Shown piece after piece: positions 1 through 9,078 of a stretch of 34,433 nt of DNA. The notes beneath the pieces were generated by a model. That model did no database searches. It saw nothing but the letters and a program-made list of their open reading frames with translations, and was not told the origin of the DNA. Source of the stretch: Candidatus Krumholzibacteriia bacterium (lineage in GTDB: Bacteria > Krumholzibacteriota > Krumholzibacteriia > LZORAL124-64-63); contig JAZBOO010000380.1 in assembly GCA_036351155.1 (NCBI GenBank), forward strand, positions 1 through 34,433. The letters run 5' to 3'. The first letter of the stretch is position 1, and every line of letters starts with the position of its first letter. Made by a program: the position numbers and the translations under genes.

Positions 1-1234
1 CCAGGAAAGCATTTCCTGTCATGGATTCGCTGAGCCAGTTGAAGTCCAGCATCCGGTACTGATTCCACTCGGTGACCAGGATACAGAGGTCGGCGCCCTC
101 GCAGGCCTCGTAGGGGGAATTGCAGTAGACCAGGTCGAAATTGTTGAGCTTGAAGTTGTCCATGGCGGCGGGATCGTGCCCGCGCACGGTGCAGCCCTTT
201 TCCTTGAGCAGCTTGATCAGGTCGATGCTCGGGGCCGACCGGATATCATCGGTGTTGGGCTTGAAGGCCAGGCCCAGCAGGGCGACCGTCTTGCCGGCAA
301 TGTCGCCATTGAGCAGGGATTCGGCCTTGGCCATGGCGCGCTGAGGCAGGGTGGCGTTCACGCCGATGGCCGCCTTGACGATGGACATCTGGGTGCCCGC
401 CTCCTCGGCGATGTGTACGATGGCGTTGGTGTCCTTGGGCAGGCAGCTGCCGCCGAAGCCCAGGCCGGCATGCAGGAACTTGGGGCCGATGCGCTTGTCC
501 AGGCCCATGCTCTTGGCCACGTCGGAAATGTCGGCACCCACGGCTTCGGCCAGCTTGGCGATCTCGTTGATGTAGGAGATCTTCACGGCCAGGAACGCGT
601 TGGATGCGTACTTGATCAGCTCGGCGGTCTCGATGCTGGTCTTGACGATGGGTGTGTCCAGCAGGAACAGCGGGCGGTAGATCTCCCGCATCAGGTCTTC
701 GGACTTTTCCGATTCCACGCCGATGACCACCCGGTCAGGCCGCATGAAGTCCTCGATGCTGCTGCCTTCACGAAGGAACTCGGGGTTGCTGGCGAGGTCG
801 AACTCGATGGGCTTTTTCAGCGCGCCCTTGATGACCTTGTTGAGCTTGCGGGCCGTTCCCACCGGCACGGTGCTCTTGGTCACGATGACCTTGTAGCTGT
901 CCATCAGGGCGCCGATTTCCTCGCCCACCTTCATGACATACTGCAGGTCGGCTTCGCCACCGCCGGACATGGGGGTCTGCACCGCGATGAAGATCACGTC
1001 GGCATCGCGCATGCCTTCTTCCAGGCTGGTGGTGAAGGTGAGGCGCTTTTCTTCGACATTCTTGAGGACCATGCGGTCGAGTCCCGGCTCGTAGAAGGGA
1101 ATCACGCCCTTGCGCAACCCTTCGATACGCTCCTCGTTGATGTCCACGCAGCTGACCTTGTGTCCGAAGTCCGCCATGCAGGCGCCCGAAACAAGCCCCA
1201 CATATCCGGTTCCCACCATGCAAATGCGGATCAT
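1..1234 (-). CDS. ugd: UDP-glucose/GDP-mannose 6-dehydrogenase (3' end runs off the window)
   Basis: Not in the ORF track, translated by hand from ATG 1234: MIRICMVGTGYVGLVSGAC (Rossmann fold), KSTVPVGT, SNPEFLREG, AELIKYASNAFLA, catalytic GFGGSCLPKD, LGLAFKPNTDDIR. The ATG overlaps the upstream gene's TGA (ATGA). Confidence 0.95.
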   Translation of the reverse strand, partial: MIRICMVGTGYVGLVSGACMADFGHKVSCVDINEERIEGLRKGVIPFYEPGLDRMVLKNVEEKRLTFTTSLEEGMRDADVIFIAVQTPMSGGGEADLQYVMKVGEEIGALMDSYKVIVTKSTVPVGTARKLNKVIKGALKKPIEFDLASNPEFLREGSSIEDFMRPDRVVIGVESEKSEDLMREIYRPLFLLDTPIVKTSIETAELIKYASNAFLAVKISYINEIAKLAEAVGADISDVAKSMGLDKRIGPKFLHAGLGFGGSCLPKDTNAIVHIAEEAGTQMSIVKAAIGVNATLPQRAMAKAESLLNGDIAGKTVALLGLAFKPNTDDIRSAPSIDLIKLLKEKGCTVRGHDPAAMDNFKLNNFDLVYCNSPYEACEGADLCILVTEWNQYRMLDFNWLSESMTGNAFL

Positions 1235-2301
1235 GCCATCTCCTTGCGGGCCTCATCCAGGAGGTCCCTTAAAGTTTGGGTCATGCTCCACTCGGGAGCC
1301 CACCCGGTTTCGTTCCTGAGTTTCGAATTATCCCCCACCATGATCGGCGTGTCGGCGGGCCGCAGACGTGCCGGGTCGGTGACCACGGTCAACGGACAGC
1401 GCGCCTCGGCGATCATGATGTCCAGTCCTTTTCGGATCGTCAACGGTTCACCTGAGCAAACGTTGTAGATCCGGCCAGGCTCCCCGTCTTTCATCAACAA
1501 TCTATAAGCGCAAACCACGTCCTTGACGTGCAAGAAATCCCGCACGGCGGACAGGTCGCCGGTGGCGATCTCCCTCGAGCTAAGACCAGCTTCTGCCACA
1601 GCAATTTGGCGGGCAAAGGCGGGAAACGCAAATCGCGGGTCCTGGCCAGGCCCCGTGTGACTGAACGCCCGGACCGTGATGATCGGCAATCCCCAGGAGC
1701 GCACGTACTGCTGGCAAAGCAAGGTCTGGGCCGCCTTGCTCACCGCGTAGGGGGAGAGGGGGTTCAGGGCCGTTTCCTCGGTCAGGGGATAGGCCTCCCG
1801 GGGATGAGGCCCGTATTCCTCGCAGGATCCCACCGAGAGCACCACCGGCCAGGTGGCTTCAGGCAGGGCGCGCACGGCTTCGAGCAGGTTCTGGGTGCCC
1901 AGGAGATTGTTGCTCAGGGTGCCCACAGGGTCGTCAAAGCTGGCCGCGGCACTGCTCTGGGCGGCCAGGTGGTAGATCATGACCGGGTGCAGATCCTGGA
2001 CCAGCCGGCTCACCGCCTCGGGATCGGTCAGACTGCAGGAAACGTAGAACAGGGTGCCGGCAGGGCCCTCGTAGCGGAAAAAACCGGGAAAGGCCGGGTC
2101 TGCAGGTTGCCGGACGAAATCGCCCAGCCGGGGCGGCAACTGTTCGAAATCAGCCACCCGGTCAACGCCCACCACGGGCAATCCGGCCATGACCAGACTG
2201 CGGGTCAGATGCCGACCCACAAATCCCAGAGCCCCCGTCACCAGATTGCAGGGGCGGTTGGGCATGGTCAATTCAGGGGGGAGAAGGGGTGGTTTTCCCA
2301 T
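1231..2301 (-). CDS. NAD(P)-dependent nucleotide-sugar epimerase/dehydratase/reductase (GDP-mannose dehydratase / Rmd-like SDR)
   Basis: LVTGALGFVG, YHLAAQSS, SCEEYG, catalytic SPYAVSK (YxxxK), HTGPGQ, RDFLHVKDV, RLRPAD. Start uncertain (2301 or 2265). Confidence 0.88.
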   Translation of the reverse strand: MGKPPLLPPELTMPNRPCNLVTGALGFVGRHLTRSLVMAGLPVVGVDRVADFEQLPPRLGDFVRQPADPAFPGFFRYEGPAGTLFYVSCSLTDPEAVSRLVQDLHPVMIYHLAAQSSAAASFDDPVGTLSNNLLGTQNLLEAVRALPEATWPVVLSVGSCEEYGPHPREAYPLTEETALNPLSPYAVSKAAQTLLCQQYVRSWGLPIITVRAFSHTGPGQDPRFAFPAFARQIAVAEAGLSSREIATGDLSAVRDFLHVKDVVCAYRLLMKDGEPGRIYNVCSGEPLTIRKGLDIMIAEARCPLTVVTDPARLRPADTPIMVGDNSKLRNETGWAPEWSMTQTLRDLLDEARKEMA

Positions 2302-2303
2302 GG

Positions 2304-2738
2304 TCACCCGTTCATCAGGCGCAGCCACTCTTTGTAGATGCAGCGGTCCATGAGGGAAAAGAGGCCCGCATCGTGAGCACGCTGCGCAGCTGCCGCATTG
2401 ACGACCTGTTCCTGAAGCCAGATGCCTCCATCGCCGCGGGCTATGGCCTGATCGATGATCGGATCCACGGTTTCACCCCGGCGAAACACGTCCACGAGGT
2501 CCACCTTGCCGGGGACGTCACTCAATTCGGGGTAAATCTCCAGCCCCAGCACCGGTTCCTTCAAAACGGGATTGACGCCCACCACTTCGAGGCCCAGTCC
2601 CACCAACCAGCGTGCGATCCCGTGACTGGCACGATCTTCCTTGGCCGAAATACCCACCACGGCGACCCGTTTCAGGCCGGACAGCAGGGACTTGATCTGG
2701 GCATCGGTCGGGTTCGTGAAGTCCGTTGAGCTGGTCAT
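2304..2738 (-). CDS. CoA-binding protein (YccU-like)
   Basis: VAVVGIS...RAS, VNP, VDLVDVFRR, IWLQ, MDRCIYKE; 144 aa; AAGGA upstream. Confidence 0.92.
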   Translation of the reverse strand: MTSSTDFTNPTDAQIKSLLSGLKRVAVVGISAKEDRASHGIARWLVGLGLEVVGVNPVLKEPVLGLEIYPELSDVPGKVDLVDVFRRGETVDPIIDQAIARGDGGIWLQEQVVNAAAAQRAHDAGLFSLMDRCIYKEWLRLMNG

Positions 2739-3007
2739 TATCTGTCCTTTCGGGCCGTGTGACGCCGGGTTCCCCTTTTCCTGGACCCGCCAAATCTACC
2801 CACAAGTGTGGCGGATGTAAACCCGTCGTTGGTTCTGGGACGGGCGCAGCCTGGTGAAAATAAAGAAAACCCAAAAATCAACTGGAAAAGAAATCCGACC
2901 TGATGTACGCTGATCTCATCAAACCTCGCCCGGTTTTTCACTATTAGAACTCCTTGCAAGTCCCCTTTCGGGAACAGGGATGGGTGTAAATCTGGGAGTG
3001 GGTTGAA

Positions 3008-3211
3008 TTGGCGGATTTCCCCGTTTTTTCTCGACGCAAAGGCCTCCCGGGCCTGCTCAGCTTGACCTTGGTGCTGGGTGTGCTGCTGGTCATCTGGCCC
3101 AGCCTTTCCGGCTCCCGGAGGGCCGCTGCTGATGAGGAACCCGTCGTCCATCTCCCCATCGACCAGCCCGCCGCTCCACAGTTCACACCTCTGAAGGCCA
3201 TCTACCGCTGA
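3008..3211 (+). CDS. Small exported/membrane protein (67 aa) ending FTPLKAIYR
   Basis: GGAG at 2995-2998 before TTG. Basic N-region RRK, hydrophobic LLSLTLVLGVLLVIW, AAA|DEE cleavage-like site. Fills an otherwise empty intergenic gap, and its C-terminus matches that of 9079..9798. Confidence 0.6.
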   Translation: MADFPVFSRRKGLPGLLSLTLVLGVLLVIWPSLSGSRRAAADEEPVVHLPIDQPAAPQFTPLKAIYR

Positions 3212-3260
3212 AACTCGCTCTCACCAGACATTTTTTCTTCTCCCCGGGCAAGGCATGGCT

Positions 3261-3285
3261 TAGAATTTCTGAATAGGCATTCAGA
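3261..3285 (+). promoter_or_regulatory. -10-like TAGAAT followed by palindrome TCTGAAT-aggc-ATTCAGA (candidate repressor operator)
   Basis: Perfect 7-bp inverted arms at 3268-3274 and 3279-3285, about 70 nt upstream of the Fe-S oxidoreductase start. Confidence 0.45.
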
Positions 3286-3354
3286 TGAGGTCCGCACCCC
3301 GTGGATCTGGCCGTCCAGGTGAATCGGCGCCTGCAAGTTTCCGGGAGGATCCCC

Positions 3355-5367
3355 GTGCATCCAGTCTTCATGTCCCTTCTGCTGTTCGCCTCGCTTTCCC
3401 TTTTCATCGGCACCATGGCTGACCGGTACTACCTGATGCGAGCAGGCGAGGCCGACCACCGTTTCGACCGGGTCGGCGCCCGGATCCGGGCCCTGCTGAC
3501 CATCGGCTTCGGTCAAAAACGCCTGCTCTACGAGAAGGGTGCCGGCTGGATGCACGCCGGGATCTTCTTCGGGTTCCTGGTGGTTTCCCTGCGCACGATC
3601 ACTCTGCTGGGCAAGGGCTACGACCCGGCCTACCACCTGCCGGGATTCGGCGGCGTGCTGGGCCAGTTCTACGCGCTGCTCAAGGACACCTTCAGCCTCA
3701 TCGTCATCCTGGCCCTTTGCTATGCGGGGTGGCGCCGGCTGATCACCAAGCCCCGGCGTCTGCACCTGAGCGCCGAGGCCGTGCTGATCCTGTTCTGGAT
3801 CGGCTCGTTGATGGTCACCGATATTCTGTTCGATGCCGCCGTCCTGGTTCTGAACCCCACCGCTCACGAGAGCGGCTGGGCCTGGGTGTCCAGCTTGATG
3901 ACAGGGGTCTATGCCGGGGCCAGCGAGGCCACCGTGGAAAGCTGGATGACGGGCATGTTCTGGGCGCACTGCATCCTGGTGCTGGCCTTCCTGAACTTCC
4001 TGCCCTTCGGCAAGCATTTTCACGTGTTGACGGCCCTGCCGGCGGTGTTCCTGCGTCGCCTTACCCCGGGCATGGTTCTGGAAAAGATGGAATTCGAGGG
4101 CAAGGAAACCTTCGGGGTGGGCAAGCTGGAAGATTTCAGCTGGCGCCGTTTCCTGGACATGTACACCTGCACCGAATGTGGCCGCTGCACCGACCAGTGC
4201 CCCGCCGATCTGACGGGCAAGCCCCTCAGTCCGCGGGCCATCATCGTGGACGAGCGTGACCAGGCCTACGCCATGAGCGAGCATCTGGTGGCCGTGGGCA
4301 AGCTGCGGGTGGCGGGCAAGGACGAGGAAGCTCGTGCCCTGGCCGCCTCGGTGGAACGTCCCGCCCTGATTGGCGAGGTCAACGACGAGGAGTCGATCTG
4401 GGCCTGCACCACCTGCGGCTACTGCCAGACGCAATGCCCCGTGATGATCGATCACATCCCCAACATCATCGACCAGCGCCGGTATCTGACCATGATGGAG
4501 GCCAAGGTGCCTGCCGCCCTGCAGAACGCCCTGAAGGGTCTGGAGAACAACAGCAACCCCTGGAATGCCAGCGCCGCGGCGCGGGAGGACTGGATCGGCG
4601 ATCTGGACGTGCCGCGCATGCGCGACAAGGGGCAGGCCGAGTACCTGCTGTTCGTGGGTTGTGCGGCCAGCTTCGACGCCCGCAACCAGGAAGTCATGCG
4701 CGCCGTTTGCACGCTGCTGAACAAGGCGGGGGTGGACTATGCCGTGCTGGGCACCGAGGAGGGGTGCTGCGGCGATCCCAGCCGCCGTGTGGGCCACGAA
4801 TATCTGTTCCAGATGCAGGCCCCGCAGAACGTGCAAACCTTCGAGAAGTACCAGGTCAAGAAGGTCCTGACGGCCTGTCCTCATTGCTTCAACAGCATCG
4901 CCAACGAGTATCCCCAGTTCGGACTTGAAGGCGTGGAAGTGGTGCACCACAGTGAACTGCTGAGCGAACTGGTGGAGCAGGGCAAGCTGAAGCTGAAGGG
5001 CGGCGCGCAAACCGCCGTGACCTTCCACGACTCGTGCTACCTGGGACGCCACAACGACATCTACGAGGCGCCGCGCCAGGTGCTGGCGGCCGTGGACGGG
5101 ATCACGCTGAAAGAGATGCCCCGCAACCGCCGGGAAGGATTCTGCTGTGGCGCGGGCGGCGGACGGATGTTCATGGAAGAGGATCTGGGCACGCGCATCA
5201 ATCACAACCGCATTGAAGAGGCCGCCGAGACGGGGGCCAGCGAGGTGTGTTCGGCCTGTCCCTTCTGCTTGACGATGCTGGGCGATGCCATCAAGGAAAC
5301 CGACCGCAGCGAGCAGCTGCAGGCCCGGGACATCGCGGAGGTCATGCTGGCCAACTTGGCGGACTGA
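3355..5367 (+). CDS. Membrane-bound heterodisulfide-reductase-like Fe-S oxidoreductase (FadF / ETF:(methyl)menaquinone oxidoreductase-like)
   Basis: N-terminal TM helices with candidate heme-ligating His (GWMHAGIFFGF, WAHCIL, PFGKHFH); two CxxCxxCxxxCP ferredoxin motifs (CTECGRCTDQCP, CTTCGYCQTQCP); two CCG domains (GCCGDP, ACPHC, HDSCYLGR, FCCGAGGG, ACPFC). GGAGG precedes GTG 3355. Confidence 0.92.
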   Translation: MHPVFMSLLLFASLSLFIGTMADRYYLMRAGEADHRFDRVGARIRALLTIGFGQKRLLYEKGAGWMHAGIFFGFLVVSLRTITLLGKGYDPAYHLPGFGGVLGQFYALLKDTFSLIVILALCYAGWRRLITKPRRLHLSAEAVLILFWIGSLMVTDILFDAAVLVLNPTAHESGWAWVSSLMTGVYAGASEATVESWMTGMFWAHCILVLAFLNFLPFGKHFHVLTALPAVFLRRLTPGMVLEKMEFEGKETFGVGKLEDFSWRRFLDMYTCTECGRCTDQCPADLTGKPLSPRAIIVDERDQAYAMSEHLVAVGKLRVAGKDEEARALAASVERPALIGEVNDEESIWACTTCGYCQTQCPVMIDHIPNIIDQRRYLTMMEAKVPAALQNALKGLENNSNPWNASAAAREDWIGDLDVPRMRDKGQAEYLLFVGCAASFDARNQEVMRAVCTLLNKAGVDYAVLGTEEGCCGDPSRRVGHEYLFQMQAPQNVQTFEKYQVKKVLTACPHCFNSIANEYPQFGLEGVEVVHHSELLSELVEQGKLKLKGGAQTAVTFHDSCYLGRHNDIYEAPRQVLAAVDGITLKEMPRNRREGFCCGAGGGRMFMEEDLGTRINHNRIEEAAETGASEVCSACPFCLTMLGDAIKETDRSEQLQARDIAEVMLANLAD

Positions 5368-5519
5368 GCGCCCACCGGGGCGGTTGCCAAAGGGGACCTG
5401 ATCTGTTATGAATGGCGGGAATTTTGCCGCCAATCCAACGGCCTGCTCCTCGGCGGGCCGTTTCCCGGTTCCGCCGAAAATCCGCGCCGCGGAGCCTGCC
5501 CGACTCAAGGAGGACTGCC

Positions 5520-6557
5520 ATGTCGGCCCATGAAATCGTGAAATCCACCGAACGCCTCGATCGGGTCTGGGGCCGCGGCAAGGAGTTCCTTGGTTCGGAA
5601 CTGCCCATCATGTGCGGGGCCATGACCTGGATCAGCGACCCCAAGCTGGTTTCGCTGATGAGCAACCTGGGCGCCTTCGGAGTGCTGGCCGCGGGCAACA
5701 TGCCCCCGGAAATGTTCGCCGACGCCGTCGACGAGACCAAGCGCCTGACCGATCGCCCCTTTGCCGGGAACGTCATCACCATTGCTCCGAACTACCTGGA
5801 TCATCTGAACATCCTCTGCGAAAAGAAGGTCAGCCACATCGTGTTCGCGGGCTCGATTCCCCGCGGTGCCGAGGTGCAGAAGGCCAAGGACAGCGGCGCC
5901 AAGGTGCTGTGCTTCGCCTCGACCAGCAGTATTGCCAAGCGCATGATCAGCTACGGGGCGGACGGCCTTATTCTCGAGGGCAGCGAGGCCGGCGGGCACA
6001 TCGGCCACGTGTCCACCATTGTGCTTCTGCAGGAAATCCTGTTCCAGTTCCCCGAGGTGCCCATTTTCGTGGCCGGGGGCATTGCCACCGGCAAGATGAT
6101 CGCCCATCTGGCCCTGATGGGCGCGGCCGGTTCCCAGATGGGCACCCGCTTTGTCCTGGCCGAGGAATGCGGGGCGCACGCCAAGTTCAAGGAAGTGTTC
6201 ATGCGCGCTCGGGCCCGGGAGGCCATCAGTACACCCCAGTACAGCGCCAAGCTGCCGGTGGTGTCGGTGCGCGCGCTGAACAACCATGCCATGACCCATT
6301 TCGGGGAGCTTCAGCTCGAACTCCTGGAAAAACTCCGGGCCGGCAGCATCAATCGCACCGAGGCCCAGTTCAAGGTCGAGGAGTACTGGGTGGGCTCTCT
6401 GCGGAACGCGGCCGTGGATGGCGATGTGGAACACGGATCTCTGATGGCCGGGCAGTCCGTGGGGATGATGCACAAGGTTCAACCCCTGCGCGAGATCCTC
6501 GAGGATATCGTGAAAGAGGCGGACCAGGCCGTGGCCGAGGTGGCGGCGCGCCTCTGA
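5520..6557 (+). CDS. FabK-like enoyl-ACP reductase / nitronate monooxygenase family FMN protein
   Basis: PIMCGAM, EGSEAGGHIG (catalytic His), FVAGGIATG, QMGTRF, GSLMAGQSVG. AAGGAGG precedes ATG 5520. Confidence 0.88.
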   Translation: MSAHEIVKSTERLDRVWGRGKEFLGSELPIMCGAMTWISDPKLVSLMSNLGAFGVLAAGNMPPEMFADAVDETKRLTDRPFAGNVITIAPNYLDHLNILCEKKVSHIVFAGSIPRGAEVQKAKDSGAKVLCFASTSSIAKRMISYGADGLILEGSEAGGHIGHVSTIVLLQEILFQFPEVPIFVAGGIATGKMIAHLALMGAAGSQMGTRFVLAEECGAHAKFKEVFMRARAREAISTPQYSAKLPVVSVRALNNHAMTHFGELQLELLEKLRAGSINRTEAQFKVEEYWVGSLRNAAVDGDVEHGSLMAGQSVGMMHKVQPLREILEDIVKEADQAVAEVAARL

Positions 6558-6571
6558 TCCTCGTTCCCTTG

Positions 6572-6587
6572 TGGCACCAAACTTGAT
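6572..6587 (+). promoter_or_regulatory. Possible sigma54-type promoter (variant -12)
   Basis: TGGCAC-caaac-TTGAT has the correct -24 box and spacing, but GA instead of the conserved GC at -12. Confidence 0.3.
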
Positions 6588-6670
6588 GGGGCGGGGATGA
6601 TAACAAGCCTGTCGTCCCTGGTGGCGGCCGCTTGATTCCGGTCTTTTCCACTTCCGCAGGGGGATATCCC

Positions 6671-7561
6671 ATGTTTTGCCATTTTACCCGGAATTCGGCC
6701 CGAATTTTCCTGGGCACCCTTCTGGTTGCTTTTTGCCTGACGGCAGGCCTTCCCGCCGAGGCGGCCGTGCGTTCACGGGTGGAGGGTGAAGCCCTGATCG
6801 CCGAAAAACCTCTGGAACCCAGCTCCTACGAGATCTACGCCCGGTTCCTCAGCGGCAATGGTGCTTTCAAGGAGGCTTCCGAGGTCCTGGAGCGAGGCCG
6901 CATCAAGGCGCTGCCTTCGGCCAACCTGCTGGTGGCCCTGGGTGAAGCGTACGAGGCTCAGGGTTTGGTGGGTCGGGCCGAGGCGGCCACCCGCGAAGCC
7001 CTGGTTCTGGACGACACCCACGTGATGGGGCATCTGCAAATGGGAGATCTCTACTTTCAGCTGGGCTGGCCCAAGTCCGGGCTGGACAGCTACCGTCAGG
7101 CTGTTGCCCTGGCCCCAGGTGATCCCGCGCCCATGGTCCGTCTGGTGGCCGGTCATCTGGAAGCCAACCAGTTGCCCCTGGCCGAGGACACCTGCCTGAA
7201 GTTCATCTCCGAGCATCCGGAACAACCCGATCTGTGGCTCAGCCTGGGACAGGTTTTCGAGAAGCAGGAAAAACGGCGGGAAGCCTTCACCACCTATGGT
7301 CAGGTGCTGACCCTGGATCCGGAAAACAGCCTGGCCTTTGCCCGGCAGGGCCGCCTCTTCTGTCAGTTCGGCCAGTTCACCTCGGCCGAAACAGCCTGTC
7401 GCCGGGCGCTGGAGCTGGACCCCGACAACAAGCTGGCCCATGCCTATCTGGGCATTGCCTTCAGCTACCTGGGCAACAACGATGGGGCGCGCAAGCACGC
7501 GCAGATCGCCGAAGCGGCAGGGTTGAACATGATGTCCGTCTGGAACAAGATCGGGAACTGA
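6671..7561 (+). CDS. Exported tetratricopeptide-repeat protein
   Basis: Signal-peptide-like N-terminus (IFLGTLLVAFCLTAGLPAEA). Multiple TPR units (LG..Y...G...A....ALxLDP). Confidence 0.85.
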   Translation: MFCHFTRNSARIFLGTLLVAFCLTAGLPAEAAVRSRVEGEALIAEKPLEPSSYEIYARFLSGNGAFKEASEVLERGRIKALPSANLLVALGEAYEAQGLVGRAEAATREALVLDDTHVMGHLQMGDLYFQLGWPKSGLDSYRQAVALAPGDPAPMVRLVAGHLEANQLPLAEDTCLKFISEHPEQPDLWLSLGQVFEKQEKRREAFTTYGQVLTLDPENSLAFARQGRLFCQFGQFTSAETACRRALELDPDNKLAHAYLGIAFSYLGNNDGARKHAQIAEAAGLNMMSVWNKIGN

Positions 7562-7571
7562 TCGCCGGGTC

Positions 7572-8864
7572 TCAGCAGGTGGCCTGGTATTTTGCTTCAA
7601 ACCGGGACCAGGCCGCCTTCACCCTGGGGTGGTCCGGTTCAAGCCCATCTGCCTGGCGCAGATGGGCTTCCGCTTTTTCGGGCTGACCTGCGGCCATGAA
7701 CAAAACGACCAGATTCAGCAGCGGATCGATGGCTCCGGGCACCTGTGCCCGGGCTCTCTGCAGGGCCACCAGCGCCTGCTGTCCTCGACCACATTGCAGG
7801 TGCCAGGCTCCCAGGGTGTTGAGGAAATACCCGTGACCCGGCACCAGTTTCAAGGCCAGGTCCAGATAGGGGCCGGCCGCCTCCGGTTCATTGTTCAGAA
7901 GGCAGATCTGGGCCTGCAGATGGGCGATCTCCGCGGCCACCTGACCGGAAACCGGACCGCAATTCATGGCCGTGATCAGGTGTTTGCGGGCGGTTTCCAG
8001 CTGGCCCGCCTCCTTGTGGATGGCGGCGGCGGTCAGGCGGTAATCGGGGTTCAGTGGGTTCAGCACCAGGGCCCGCTCGATGGCCGTCAGGGCCTGATCA
8101 TCCTGCCCGCAGGCCATGGCACAGTCGGCCAGCTCAGCCCAGGCGCAGGGCAGGTGGGGGTGGGTGCTGGCCTTGCGGCGCGCCAGGCGCAGATACTGCT
8201 GTTTCTTTTTCTCCAGGCTGCCGGGAGTACACATGTCCGGGAGCATCCCGAAGTGATGCACCGGAATATCCAGAGGCACTGTGGGGATGGCCTGGTTGCG
8301 CAGGCTGGTTTCCACGGTTTCATGCAGCTGGCCTTCGAACCGGATGCCGGAGCGGTTGGGGAAAATCCGGACCTTGGCCGTGGGCACGAAACCGACCGCG
8401 GGATTGCCGTCCAGGAGGGCGTGGGGGTCGGGCTCGGGATTGGGCAGCCATCCCCGGCGATGATTGCGTCCCGGGAGATAGTTGCGCGTCATGATCACCC
8501 CGGCCACGGGCTGCTGGGCGTGATCCTGGGCTTCAACCCAGGTGCGGAGCCCCTTCCAGTCCGCCGGGGCCAGCTGCTCGTCGGCATCCATGATCAGGAT
8601 CCAGCGACCCCGGCAGGCGTCCAGGACCGTGTTCCGCGCCGCGGCGAAGTCGTCGGTCCAGGGGACTGTCAACACTTCCGCCTCGTGGCGGTGGGCGTCA
8701 GCCACGCTGTCGTCCGAGCTGCCGGTGTCGCCAATAACTATTTCATCGACCCAGGGGCGGGCATTCTTCAGCAAAGAGGCAAAAAATTGGCCACCGTCCT
8801 TGACGATCATGGCCAGGGAAAGGAGGGGGCTGTGCACGGGATCCGCAACCAGTGGTGTCGACAA
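7572..8864 (-). CDS. Family 2 glycosyltransferase with C-terminal TPRs (protein/flagellin O-glycosyltransferase-like)
   Basis: LSLAMIVKD, DEIVIGDTGSSD, WTDDFAAARN, WILIMDADE (intact DxD), RFEGQLHE, HHFG, then TPRs. Confidence 0.9.
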   Translation of the reverse strand: MSTPLVADPVHSPLLSLAMIVKDGGQFFASLLKNARPWVDEIVIGDTGSSDDSVADAHRHEAEVLTVPWTDDFAAARNTVLDACRGRWILIMDADEQLAPADWKGLRTWVEAQDHAQQPVAGVIMTRNYLPGRNHRRGWLPNPEPDPHALLDGNPAVGFVPTAKVRIFPNRSGIRFEGQLHETVETSLRNQAIPTVPLDIPVHHFGMLPDMCTPGSLEKKKQQYLRLARRKASTHPHLPCAWAELADCAMACGQDDQALTAIERALVLNPLNPDYRLTAAAIHKEAGQLETARKHLITAMNCGPVSGQVAAEIAHLQAQICLLNNEPEAAGPYLDLALKLVPGHGYFLNTLGAWHLQCGRGQQALVALQRARAQVPGAIDPLLNLVVLFMAAGQPEKAEAHLRQADGLEPDHPRVKAAWSRFEAKYQATC

Positions 8865-8982
8865 TCTGCTACCTGACCTGTATTTGGGCCGCCATGTGGA
8901 AAAACGTGGCCTGGGCCCGGTCTTCTGGGGCTCGGACAGTCGGGATGAGTCCGCGCCTGCTTCGGAATTTCGTTCAGGTAGT

Positions 8983-8998
8983 TGCAGATCGTGTGCCA
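8983..8998 (-). promoter_or_regulatory. Sigma54 (-24/-12) promoter candidate for the GT2-TPR gene
   Basis: Minus strand TGGCAC-acgat-CTGCA, with GG and GC exactly 10 nt apart, located just downstream of the upstream gene's terminator. Confidence 0.55.
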
Positions 8999-9026
8999 GG
9001 CGGGTTGGGGAGGACGGCCCGTCCCC

Positions 9027-9065
9027 AAAAAGCCCCGGCCCACCATTCGGTGAGCCGGGTTTTTT
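9027..9065 (-). terminator. Rho-independent terminator of 9079..9798 (possibly bidirectional)
   Basis: Minus strand CCCGGCTCACC-gaat-GGTGGGCCGGG followed by GCTTTTT; a T-tract is also present on the plus strand. Confidence 0.8.
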
Positions 9066-9078
9066 CAGCTCAGTACTG

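Noticed and set aside
176..1468. 430-aa plus-strand ORF
   Set aside because: Antisense shadow of ugd, which has clear motifs on the minus strand; typical of high-GC codon bias.
3202..5508. 768-aa minus-strand ORF, and similar long antisense ORFs (7629..8876, 13085..14701, 14927..16258, 20494..22218, 24535..25824, 27905..29266, 33061..34329)
   Set aside because: They mirror well-supported genes on the other strand and show no recognisable motifs.
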